Under the pieces are notes generated by a model, which saw only the letters and a list, made by a program, of their open reading frames with translations, had not been told where the DNA came from and did not search any database. Positions 1 to 11,480 of a stretch of DNA of 64,000 nt are shown here, piece by piece (the stretch's first letter is position 1; every line of letters begins with the position of its first letter). Source of the stretch: Isurus oxyrinchus (Eukaryota); contig JANJGN010000036.1 in assembly GCA_026770705.1 (NCBI GenBank), forward strand, positions 1,302,001-1,366,000, read 5' to 3'. The translations under genes and the position numbers were made by a program.

Positions 1-1087
1 TTGCACCCCCCCCCCCCCCCCCCAACCACCATCACCGGAGCCCGACCGCTGCTCTGGGCGTGACGTCTACTCCGTTTATTTTTTTAAAAATAAATTCGGC
101 AAAGAAAACCGAGCATCTGCAGAATTTTTAAACATATGCTTTATCCACTTTCTCTCCTGAAATTTTTCGGGGCCGCTTCATAAATAGATCATTGATACAC
201 GTCTTTGTGCTGCAAGCTAAAATGGAGAAGCAGGCACCCTGATTCGTGAAGCATATAGAGAGGTTCATTGTTCTATGCATCTGTAACAGTTAGCATTTCA
301 CGCACACAGGGAAATGTACTTGTGTAAAGTGAGTGACGATCCGCATGATAAGTGTGTGAGACTCAGCGATTACGATATCATCCATTGGAGGGTGTTTCTT
401 CAATGTGAAGGTGACTGTTGCGTGCATGGTTTAAAAAAGAAGACCTGTGCTAATCAGTTATAACCCTGCAATTGCAGATGTCTTTAAGTGTCGGAGCCTT
501 CACCGCACATCATGTTTTCAGTAGCGCACAACAGCTTATCGTCCTAGCGGTCATGTCTTTTTTGGGGTGTGGTGGGAGGAGGACTGCTGCTGAACTTCAA
601 CCGTGGACGGCCTGCCCTAATTTAAACTTACTTAACTCCACACCCCAGAGCCAACGCCACAAACACGCTCCCCACGCACGGTAGAAAATATTTTCTCTCT
701 CTCCACCCAAATAAACTTAACTAAATTTAGTGACCCCGCCAACAATGAATCCCTTTGGAAATCTGATAGAATCCATTTGAGTTCCCCCTCCCTTCCCGTC
801 TTCCCATTGGATGCATTTTCATTGCAACCAAATCTATTCCTGGGTGAAGAGTCTGACGAAGGCATTGATCCTTAAGGCTTAAAATATTTTTATATTTTTT
901 GGTGACAGCAAGTTTCCAGATAGAGCGATAAAAGTGATGGGGTGCAAATGCAGGTGATCATTATGAATTTCTAATGCCCTCTGTTAACGCGGGAGAAACA
1001 TTCAGTGCCAGCTCAAACCACATACAGATAAAAATATTAAAAAAAAAATCATTGCTGTTTGTGAATATAAGAATGTGATGTGAACTT

Positions 1088-1455
1088 ATTAAAACATAAA
1101 AGATTCTGAGGGGGCTTCAGAGGGTAGATGCTGAGAGGATGTTTCGACTCGTGCGGGAATGAAGAACTAGAGGCAGAGTTTCAGAATAATTGATTTCCCA
1201 TTTAAGACGGAAATGTGGAGGAGTTTTGCTCTCAGCTGATCGTTAGTTTTTTGGAATTCCCTTCCCCAGAGAGCACTGGAGGCTGGGCCATTGAATGAAT
1301 TCAAGGCTCAGTTGGGCCGATTCCTGAAGAATAAGCGAGCCTAAGATTATGGGCAGGAAAGTGCACTTGACGCCATAACCAGATTAGCTAAGATCTTATT
1401 GAATGGGGGAATAGGATCGAGGGCCTACTCCGGCTCCTCTTTCTTATGATCTTTT
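1088..1455 (+). mobile_element. CR1-type LINE 3' fragment
   Basis: Degenerate ...acataaaagattctgagggggct..agggtagatgctgagaggatgttt...gaactagagg... and a 3' UTR ending ggcctactccggctcct; boundaries approximate. Confidence 0.7.
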
Positions 1456-2689
1456 AATCTTTGGTCACTTGAATTAAATATTGAGATTCGTATTGTTGAT
1501 TGGACTCAGAATCAATCTGAAAAGAACGTGGAACATGTTAAAATATCTTGCCCATGCGAATGTGTGTTTGGGTTGAACAGGTGTTAAGTAGAGCGAGGTT
1601 GTTAGTGATATATTTTCGGAACTAATTCAATTACTCGCTTTCATTCGGCAGATATTCACTGGGCTTTCTGAATCAATAGACTGCAATTAATATTTTAAAT
1701 CGATACAACTTAAAGAAACGCCTGAAAAATCGCTATCAATACTCACCAGATCATCCGGTTTACTGAATCCAAATCCCAGTCAGAATGGAGAGTAGACCCC
1801 GGATAATGGTGACAGCTGTGGCCAAGTACCAAATGCACCATCCCGACGGAGACAAATTATTTTGAAGCTGCTGCTGGGTCAAATAATTCCTTTATGGGAT
1901 TCCCTCATGGGAAACTTGAACCTATTTTAAAGTAAAAGCAGCAAATCCGTGCTGTAAATTGTCTGCAATACTCCGCAGGAACCTATGCCAAGGGATGAGC
2001 AGGAGAATGTTGACGGGCGGAAGCTGGGAGAGAAGAGCGAGATACATTCATCTTATTGTGACGAATCTGGTAGAGTGAAATACTTTCAGAATTTGTTCTG
2101 AATTGAGCAGACTGTCTGAACTGCTTTGCAGAAATGCTTGACCTTGAATAACAAAGAAGTGAGTCAGTAAACCTGGCAGCAGAAAGCGGGGTTTGTCAGC
2201 AAAGAGGCGCATTGGCTGTGACCGCGGCTGTTTACTGCGAGTCTCAGAAAGACGCCTCGCTCAAAGCCCATTCGGGGGCTTTCCAAAGCACATCGATTAG
2301 TATAAATCGCTGGCCGACATTCTGACTGCTTTTCGCTTCAGACGGAAAATGATGTTCGATCGAAAACTTGTCGGTGGTTTTCCTGTTTTCACAGTTGAGG
2401 CGCTTCATGTTCAGCACCGCCTGCATTTCACTCAATGTTAAACCGCAGACAGAAGAGATTTTGCCGTCCAGGGCAGATTCAACTGAACAGAGAACAGGTT
2501 GGTTTACATTGACCTCGTTTATAGTGTCCTCATCGACCTCACACCGGGTCACTGTTTATCTGCGATGTCCGGTATTTGTAAAAACAAAAACTGATCCCCA
2601 ATATTATTCAAAATTGATGTACTCGCTTCATTAGAGGCTCAGAGAGATTGCAGATTGTGCTATTTATGCACAGGCGTCACTGCGACCAA

Positions 2690-2990
2690 TCGCCAAGGCT
2701 GCCACCGCCTAGAAGAGCAATGGCAAAGCGGCAAAGCACCACCACTTCCCATTACCCTCCAACACAAACACTATCCTGACTTGGAACGATATCGCCATCG
2801 CTTCACTGTCTCTGGGTCAATATCCTGGAACTCCCTCCCTAACTGCACTGTGGGAGTGTCTTTATCACGGGGGCTGCAGCTTTTCAAGAAAGCGGTTCAC
2901 CACCAGCTTCTCAAGGGGAATTTAGTGATGGCCATAAACGCTGCCCTTTCCTCCCGACCCTCACATCCGATCGACGGATACGCATAAATT
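2690..2990 (+). mobile_element. LINE 3'-end fragment of an abundant family; further copies at ~19780-20040 (+) and ~45190-45440 (-)
   Basis: The core atcctgacttggaa..tatcgcc..ttcactgtc.ctgggtcaa.atcctggaactccctccc is shared by three loci in the window. Confidence 0.6.
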
Positions 2991-4199
2991 AGAAGAATCT
3001 TGTCTTCAGCGAAAGATGAAGGACGCTTGTATTATATCAGATTCTTATAAACCTTTCGCCCATTGCCCCTCAGATTCACCACCATGAAGGATTTTCTAAT
3101 TTGAGATTCCAGGATAATCTCTCTGTCCGACTTGTGCTGAATAATCGCTGAGAGTTAATTTGCATTAAACCCCAACGGGGCTCTTTAGGAAAAACGGCAA
3201 CTTACCTCTGGGAATGGCGACCCTCGGAAACCTTTATTCCCGATGTTACTAAGAGATTGCAGACGGGGAGAAATCTCCTTACGGATTCGGGGTTTTAAAA
3301 CGTTTCCTTATTGGGGCATGAATCACGTCCACTGTTAATACCGCTTGGCAATGTAAGCCGCTTCTGCCGCTCACCCGACAGCGGAATGTGTGAGTGCGAT
3401 ACCCGTTTAGCATTTAAATTCATTCCCGGTAAACAAAGGCCTCAGGTTCTGAAAAAAAACATTATTGAAAAATGCTTGAAAAATCAGCCGACCTGGCAGC
3501 AGCTCTAAAAACAGAAAATGCTCGAAAAACGTATATTTTCTGGAATGGAACCTAACGTTTCTAGTCCCTATGTCCCTTCTTCCGAGTCTCCCTGCTGAGT
3601 TTTCCCAGCATTTCCGGTTTTTATTTCAGATTTGCAGCATCCGCAGAATTTTGCTTTAATCTTGCCCTGAGGTCCTGGTCTGTTTCTGACGCGGATCAAA
3701 GGATTGGTTCATTGCCCTGTGAGTAATTATATTGGAAGTTCTCTTTGATGCAATTACCTGTGCTCTTAACTGGAAAAATGCAAATCACCACCGGGCCTCA
3801 TGGGCAGAGGAATATAAGTGAAAAGCAAAGACATTTTGCTCGTCAATAGAACCTTGTTCAATCGAAATTTGCACTAACTGCGCACATTTCTCGACTCAAT
3901 TTTATAAAAGGAATGATGAGGCACTGGAGATGATGCAAACAAGATTGACGAGGCTGTTTCCAGAGCTGAGAGGTTAAACTAACAGGGATGGCTGAACAGG
4001 CTGGGTCTCTTTTCTCTAAAGACAAGACTGAGGGGCGACCTGAGAGAGATTTTTAAAACTGGCTCACGGCCTCTTTCTCAATGATAATTGGGGATGTTTA
4101 GACTTTAATTAAACGTTAACAGTAATATTCAGCATACAAACATACAATTGTTATTCTGCCACTCCATCTAAGCGACAGCCCAGTAAACCTCTTTAGAGA

Positions 4200-4434
4200 A
4201 ATGCTGCAACTTGACCGCTGTGACGAACAGACGGTGACCACAGTACATCAAACACATGTGACATTCACCAGGACGCCGCACCTAAAATGGTGTCATAGCA
4301 TAGCTCGTCATAATTTCCACCGCATCTGAAAGGAGAGAAACTCACTGGGACTGAGCTCAGGTCAGTCTGCGGCCACTCCGCCCGTACAAGCAAACTGGTG
4401 AGAGAGAGAAAAAGGGAGAACTCACGGCGTCAAG
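4200..4434 (+). promoter_or_regulatory. Conserved TATA-less proximal promoter/5'UTR of A-type genes
   Basis: The block recurs upstream of each A leader (~20130-20372, ~33250-33493). It contains RUNX-type ACCACA (4237-4242) and ACCGCA, and a GC-box-like CCGCCC. Confidence 0.55.
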
Positions 4435-4489
4435 ATGTCCAAGGAATCTTTGTTTCTGATACTCATTATCCAAGCGCTGCGGGTTTATG
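4435..4489 (+). CDS. A1 exon 1, signal peptide
   Basis: ATG at 4435, hydrophobic core LFLILIIQAL, phase-1 donor G|GTGAGG. Homologous leaders lie at 20373 and 33494. Confidence 0.85.
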
Positions 4490-7400
4490 GTGAGGAAGAT
4501 GCGGGTGAGAATTTTAAACTAGAATCAGTAAGAATGAGTGTTTACTAAGCTGAAAATGTGACCCACTGGTGAGGTGAATGGATTTGACCTGATCATGTGA
4601 GTTTATTTACTGGTTCCTCGGAGAAAGCGAAGGAATCAAACTAGAGAATTTATCTAACCACGCATAGTTAAAGACAGTGAGGCGGCTTTTCTAAAATAAC
4701 AGGCGGAGTCTTTAAAAGCTTCTGCTTTCGATCTCCAATTAACCAATATTAATGTAAAAATCTCGCTCTGGTTACAGAATCTGAGCCCTCTCTGTCTCAG
4801 AGTCCCTTCAGAATGACAGCTGAAGTCGGAGGCACGGTGGAATTAACCTGTCAGTACATTTACGAAGTGGAATTTGTGTCTAGCTATTTCTGGTACAAAC
4901 AACGTGTCGGTGAAGCCCCAAAGCCAATCAATCTACAGTCGTGTCAGGGGGCCAATTGTAAGTTTTTTTCTAAAAAAGGCAAAAACAAACATGAATTAAT
5001 ACTGGAAATTCGCAAAGTCGAGGTGAGTGACTCGGGTTCCTACTACTGTGCTGATAGCGATAGCTATGCACCGCTCCAGAGTGGACCCACACTCCTAGTT
5101 GGAGGTAAGAGAGCAAGTGAAATGAATTCAGATCATGCATGGCATTATAATTTGCCGCAAATCGATCGTTAACTGTGTCTTAATCTCCCAATCTCTGTCC
5201 AGACAGCTCCACCAACAAGACGGCTGTGCTGGTGTTTGTCCCGGGTGAGCTGCATTTCAGTGAAACCATCCCCTTAGTGTGTTTGGTCAGTGGAGTTTCT
5301 CCCAACCAGATTGCTATTTTCTGGAATATTTCCGGCCTGGTTACCGAGGGACCGAGCGATCCCGGTACAATGGATGCCAACGGAACCTACAGTATCACAA
5401 GTCACGTCATGGTGTCGAGCGAAACCTGGAGAAGTGGCGCTCTCTGCACCTGTATTGTTCAACTGGGATCTCCAAACAAATATTTGACAAAGAGCTCGTC
5501 GTTCTCCAAAGCAGCAGGGACAGGGACAGGTGAGTATTCGACCTGTTAGGCTTTTATTCAACTTGGAACTCAATTGGAGAAATTAGTTAATTCTTAGAAA
5601 CTGCAGGCTGTAAATTAAACAATAAATATATACTTTATAAATATGTTAAAATAATTTTGAGTTACTTTAGCCCCAGGTGTAGTCTTGTCCTTGTAAACAA
5701 TTTCGGGGCTTGTCTTATATTTCTCCATCACATCGAAGAATCCTAGAACGATAGATGCGGAAAAAGGGATTTCGGTCCATCGTGCCTGGGTTATCTCTTT
5801 GTAAGAGTTATCCAATTGGATCCACCCTTTCCCACAACACTGTCACATTTTCTTATTCTCTTCAAGTTAGGCTGTGATTTCTCTTCTGAAAGTTATTATT
5901 GAATTTCCTTCAACCGTCCATTTCAGGCAATGGAACTTGGAATAAAATTGAGGTAAATTTTCCAATGGATGCACTTTACGAGCAGGAAACAACCAAGAAT
6001 GCTTTGTGGATTGTGTGCAGGAGATTTGCCAGAATGTGACCAGTGGTGATGGACTTGGGTTAATGTGGAGGGACTGTAGGTTCTGGGATTGTTCTCCTTA
6101 GATCAGGGAAATTTGAGGGGGGGGGGATTTAATTGTGGCGTTCAAAATCATGAGGGAGTTCGACAGAGTGCATAATGAGAAAGGAATCAGCAAAAGAACC
6201 AGAGGGAGAGATTAGGAGAATTATTTTGAACGCAGCTGCATGTGATCTGAATGGCGCTGCCTGAAAGGGCATTGGAAGTAGATTCAAAAATTATTTTCAA
6301 AGGGGATTTGGATAAAAACGTGATGGAAAGCCATTTTCAGGGATATTGGGTGAAGAGCATGGAAAATATGGCTAATTGGACACCTCTTTCAGAGGGAATG
6401 CACTGACACAATCGTCCGAATGGGCTACTCCTGGGCGTAACTTTGGGTCAGGTTTCCCATCAAACAATCCTAGAAAAGGATGATTTAACCGAATAGCAGT
6501 TTCTAAGTGTTTTGTTTCTGTAGGGTGGTGCAGTCTGACCCTTCCTGTTATCTTAACTGTCCTGGTGATACTGGCTCTGCTGTTGGTCCTTATTTCCATT
6601 TGGATTTTTAAAAGCGGCAGATCAGGTGAGGATTAATATTTACAAGGGATATTATAATAAATGTATGCCTAATCTGATTACCTTCTCGAAGATTTAAATT
6701 GCTAATTTAATTTCTGCTTTCAGGAGAAGGCGACAAGCGATCGCACAATGAAAAGTGAGTAACTGAACCATCTGAAAACTTTGTCCCGAACACTGCATTT
6801 TAAACTGGGTCTAACCCAGTTCAACCTGAACACTGATTCCAATGGTAGATGCTGACATTTTCCATGATTTTAACACAGGTTGATGCTAAGGCCACTTGGC
6901 AATTCTCTTCTTGCCTATTTTTGGATCTTGATTCAGGATTTAGAAAACTAACATGTGTTTGATATTTTTGATCACATCCAGGCTTCGCTTGAGAGACAGA
7001 AGGCAAAGAGAAGGGCAGAATAAGCGACAAGCACGTAAGTTGCATTGAAATGTTGGCACAGACTAAATTCCAAGTAGGTGGAATTGTAAAGTTGCCTAAG
7101 AGCCTTTGCCTCCTTCAAAATGTTCACAATGACTCTGCTGTCTCTGGGTCCCATAGTAAATGCCAATTACTGGTCACTAATAGTGGGAGCAATATACCAG
7201 ATGGACAATAGACGCCAGGCACGGTTGGGAGCTTGTCCAACCATTGGCGAATTTACTCCACTGAGGTATTGGGGGACCTTCTGTGGATTAGGGGCTGACT
7301 GACATATGGGATTCAGTGACGTATTGGGGTATTTGTTGCAGTGGCGGATCATTGGCGAATGGTGCATCCACAATAAATTATGAATCAGTCAGACTGGGAT

Positions 7401-9071
7401 AACATTTAAATTTGTTTCTTAACCATTAATAACACAGATGACCACCGTCAAACAGAAGGAAAGAGGCCACATCGGGATGCAATACAGGTGAATTTTTCTG
7501 AAATTGTTGTAATAAGATACAAACACTTGTTTTTTGGCATAAGGTGCATGCTGGATAACTCACACATTTATCAGAGAGCAGGTCACAGTCTAGAGCATCT
7601 GAATGTGTGTATAATTCCACTCTTCCCTCTAACTGGATTCAGAAATTGTACCCCTGACCCTCGCTCCACCTGATAATAGAAAGGATACTGTAAATTTCCA
7701 GGTAGAATTTTTCTGCCTGACTTAACAGCGGATTTCCAGCAGTTCATATTTTAGATTTCTGCCACTTTTATTTCTACAGCGTGCATAATTCTGCTCCCTC
7801 ATTTCCCGTCTTTGCACACCCATCTTCCCGACATTGCTGATTTAGTAAATACATTAGCCAACGGAATTACAAAGAATATAAGACCAAACTCAGGAGTCTT
7901 TTATAGACAAATCAAAATGTGTTTCTGTTGTATGTGGACTAAGAATGAATNNNNNNNNNNNNNNNNNNNNNNNNNNNNNNNNNNNNNNNNNNNNNNNNNN
8001 NNNNNNNNNNNNNNNNNNNNNNNNNNNNNNNNNNNNNNNNNNNNNNNNNNNNNNNNNNNNNNNNNNNNNNNNNNNNNNNNNNNNNNNNNNGAAACTTGAG
8101 CAGAAAATCTAGACTGAACCTCCGGAGCGAGTGCTGCATGTCTGAGGCGCCGATTCCATGTGAAACGTTACACTGAGGCCCTGTCTGCCCTCACAGGTTG
8201 GCATGAAAAATGGTAACGCCAGTATTGCAAAGAGAACGGTAGTTGTTTGTTGGGTGGGGTCGGGGAGGGGGTTTTCTCCCTAGCGTCCAGTTTCAAATTT
8301 TATTTCACAATCCGCATGTTAAAAATCTATTATCAACCATTGCTGTTCAGGGGATTTTGCTGTGAGTAAATTAACTGTCGCGTTGTGTTAAGAACAGATA
8401 TTACAGTTCAAAGAAGTGGATGTAAATGTCCTGAGGCTTCTTCAGTTCGTGACAGGCGCTACATTAACACGAGTCTTTTGATTTTGTTTTGCGATTCTTC
8501 TGAATGTGGGCGCTGCTCAATCATGCAGATGACACAGGGCGAAACACAGTAATCAGGTTGGCCAATTAACAGCAAAAGAATTCAAACAAATTGAAAGACT
8601 CATCATCCCAATTTTCTCATTGAACTTTGGTGATTTCCGGTCGCTTTCCGAATTCTGGTGCCCTGCTGCAGAATATCAATTCAGAATATTCTTGCATATA
8701 CAAATGAAGCAAAACATTCCTCAAATTGATATAGAGCACAATGGAAACCGAACCAATAGCAAATGTCAGTAAGAAATTTGAAAAATAGTGGAAGGGAAAA
8801 TAATGGCAGCGATATGGGGTCAGAGAAAGCTGCTGTGGGACTAAGTGCAGAGCTCATTCAAAGAATGAGTCCGAATGGCCTCCGCCTGTGCTGTATCATT
8901 CCATGCCTCTTTGAAACGCGGTTGTGGGTGTGAGTAATCAGACCTGTCCTTTAAGGACTTTTTGCTGTTAATGTTTAATATGTCTCTCAGACTCAAGGCG
9001 GACCGCTCTACGCCTCCCTGGACTTGGCTGCATTGGATAAAAGATCAAAAAAGAAGGCGGGTCGCAGATGA
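4435..9071 (+). CDS. Gene A1: intact non-rearranging VJ-C1-TM IgSF receptor, 8 exons (4435-4489, 4778-5104, 5203-5529, 6524-6625, 6724-6754, 6982-7034, 7438-7487, 8991-9071), 341 aa
   Basis: All introns are GT..AG with compatible phases (1,1,1,1,2,1,0). The spliced length is 1026 nt with no internal stop. Domains: leader MSKESLFLILIIQALRVY; V; C1; TM; tail ending GPLYASLDLAALDKRSKKKAGRR*. AATAAA at 9388-9393. Intron 7 contains an assembly gap, so an extra exon cannot be excluded. Confidence 0.85.
4778..5104 (+). CDS. A1 exon 2, Ig V-set domain with germline-encoded J-like G strand
   Basis: LSQSP...VELTC...FWYKQ..GEAPK...LEIRKVEVSDSGSYYC...LQSGPTLLVG. Acceptor ttacag at 4776-4777, donor G|GTAAGA. 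Confidence 0.95.
5203..5529 (+). CDS. A1 exon 3, Ig C1-set domain
   Basis: AVLVFVP..LVCLVSGVSPNQIAIFW..NGTYSITSHVMVSSETWRSGALCTCIV are C1 hallmarks. Acceptor gtccag, donor G|GTGAGT. N-glycan sequons NKT, NIS, NGT. Confidence 0.95.
6000..6435 (+). mobile_element. CR1 LINE 3' fragment in A1 intron 3
   Basis: gtgcaggagatttgccagaatg...ctgggattgttctccttagatcag...ttcaaaatcatgaggg: degenerate CR1 ORF2 C-terminus. Confidence 0.65.
6524..6625 (+). CDS. A1 exon 4, membrane-proximal Cys plus transmembrane helix
   Basis: GWCSLTLPVILTVLVILALLLVLISIWIFKSGRS; ctgtag acceptor, G|GTGAGG donor; no charged TM residue. Confidence 0.9.
8091..8480 (+). mobile_element. Deu-domain SINE (SacSINE1/AmnSINE-like), degenerate
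   Basis: gaggcgcc..tgaaacgttacactgaggccctgtctgccctcacagg resembles the recalled DeuSINE core consensus. Confidence 0.6.
8991..9071 (+). CDS. A1 terminal exon with tyrosine motif PLYASL
   Basis: tctctcag acceptor; phase 0 matches the donor at 7487; translates TQGGPLYASLDLAALDKRSKKKAGRR*; polyA signal about 320 nt downstream. Confidence 0.8.
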   Translation, partial: TQGGPLYASLDLAALDKRSKKKAGRR

Positions 9072-11064
9072 TAATCGAGACTGTTTGTCTCTTATAAATT
9101 AAGGAGGTGACATGATTTGGCAAAAAACCTTGTGGAAATAAAGATGGAACTACGGAGACTCCAATGAAACAATTATCTTTCCCCAGGCACTGGCCAGGGT
9201 TTACAAAGACTGGCTCATTTTGCTAAATATAGAATGTGTCTTGTGTATTGTTAATGATATTCCACTGTTACCATGCAACTCAAGTGTGAAAGAAACTTTG
9301 AGCAAGGGCGTCACTGGCCTTTTTCTGCTCTTTCTGTAACTCCAGTTACTGACAGGATGTACATTTGTTGACAAATGTCTGTATGCAAATAAAATAAATT
9401 ATTCTTCGGTTATAACGATGCACTAGAGGTTTGCATTGAATATAATTAAATTATAATTAAATGTCATTTTTTTTCAAACTGCAATTTCTGCTGAGCTGAC
9501 AATATCAGTCCTGGATTCAGACGATGTTACTGGTGGGTTTCCTTGCCCGAGATGTGATGTGTTTTATCATTTATTAAGGACACAGTCGGAGAGAGACACG
9601 GGCAATAATGCAGGAAACCTGTGCTGGTTCTGTTTCATTTTTACACAGTGTCTTTTGGTTTATGTTCAACTTTACACCAGCACGTCAGATATTTAACGTG
9701 AGTGTAGTATTGTAGGAGGAGGAACTGTGGAATGTCGGGTGCAAGTCTAGCTCAGAAAGGTGTTAATCCTGGTATCCATTACATTTTGTTTTATAAGCAT
9801 ATTAAGCGACACAGAAACAAGGGCGGAATTCTGGGTGTGAAGATGGATGTTGTTTTTATATATTTTTGGGAACATGGTGATATTCTGTAAAGAAAGCTGT
9901 GTGTGTGTGTGTGTGTGTCCATGGTTAATCAAAGCTGGGGAAAATTAGTAATGACAGATTGCCTGTGGTAACTGAGAGGTGAAATGTTAGCTGGCTGGAG
10001 GCATGCATTTGTAATGAGAGACAATGCTGAGTTTGGAATTATAAGTGAAGACGTTGGGTTTTAAAATTTGCATTAGGTGATAGGTAAGGACTTGTCTTTT
10101 CAGCTACTAAATTTCAAAGGGAGTTTAAGGACTTTCAATAATTATAAATATTTCATAAGTAAACAAGGCAAGGTTATTAAATTTTATTTGACCCAGACGT
10201 GAAGGCAATAGGAAAACATGAAGGATTTTTATATTTTGAGAAATTAAGTTCTAAATGGTGCTGAGGACAATGAAGGCCTGGATGAAAGGGGGTGGGGGTG
10301 GGGAAGATATTTAAGAGAACTGCTTCGTTGAGCTGAGGTGGCTCTGTGGGGGAGATGTCGTGACTCCAGCACTGTGCTCAAAAAAAAATTGCATCAGCAG
10401 TCCGATTTCAAGACAGCGAGGTATTTGCTTTCAGGAAAGAGTCTGTTTCTGATCTTTCTTCGCATTTCCACAGCTGAATGGAAGGGAGTGAGGAATCGTG
10501 TGGCATACTGCACTAAAGTAGTAACAGTTTTTGCCTTGATGGATATTTTTACAGCTGAAACTCCACAAGGGAGCTGGTACCAAATAGATTACTTGTGTGT
10601 ACTGTAAAGCGTTTTTTTCGGAGGAATAGTTTGTAAGGTTGCTTCAAAAATATAATTTTATTCGTGTAAGATTACGCTTTTTTCCTTCATATTCAGAAAA
10701 TTTTTACTCTAAGAATCGTAAGAGTTTTCCCCTCGTTTTCAAAATAGAAAAAAATATATGATCACTGAGACAGGTTTCCCTCTGGGATTTGTCTTGCACA
10801 GTGCATTACATTGGGTTCAGTCCTAAAATGTATCTTAAAAAGCAGCGGACCCAAACCTTACTTTTTAATGAATATAATATTTTAGCACTAACGCAAAGAT
10901 ACCAGGTCACCTCGGTGAAACGTCTTTTGAATTCAACTTCCACGTTGAACTTTTTCGTTTAGTGTGAAGACGAAATGCTGTTATTGATGCAAACTCTTCA
11001 GAGCAAAAATCTTTCAGTCACTGCTCACGTTTCCTGCTTTCCAACATTCAAAATTCAGCGCTGA

Positions 11065-11480
11065 AACAGAGCATTTAGACCCTCTGCAGTCTGCTAGTTT
11101 TCTGCTCCACACGATCCTACTCCCACACCACTATATCTCACCCCATCAACATAGCCTCCTATTTTTTTATTCCTGATGTGCATATCCAGCTATCCCTTTA
11201 AATGCAACTCAGCTATTTATGTCGAGAACTTGCTGTGGTCACGAATGGTGCATTCTTGCCTTTCTCCTGGAAAAGTAAGTATTCCCGAATTCCCCTTTGG
11301 AATTATCGGTGAATATCGAATGTCCCTGGTCTTTACTGCAGCTCTTCCTGCAAATGGATACATTTTCTCTCCCTCTACACGTATGCAACCCTTTCATAAT
11401 TTTAAATATCTTCCTCAGGTCACCCCTCAGTCTTCTCTTTTTTGGAGAAATGACGCCCAGCCTATGCAAACCTCCCTGAT
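11065..11480 (-). mobile_element. CR1 LINE 3' fragment interrupting the B1 3' region
   Basis: ORF 11239-11469(-) HRLGVISPKKRRLRGDLRKIFKIMKGL is the CR1 ORF2 C-terminal motif. Confidence 0.8.

Noticed and set aside
4789-4800. Alternative V-exon acceptor tctctgtctcag
   Set aside because: It would shift the frame relative to the phase-1 leader; the acceptor at 4777 keeps the LSQSP framework.
5105-5172. Read-through of the V donor as a V-only secreted form
   Set aside because: Only 22 open codons and no polyA signal in the 98-nt intron; the similarity in A2 is explained by duplication.
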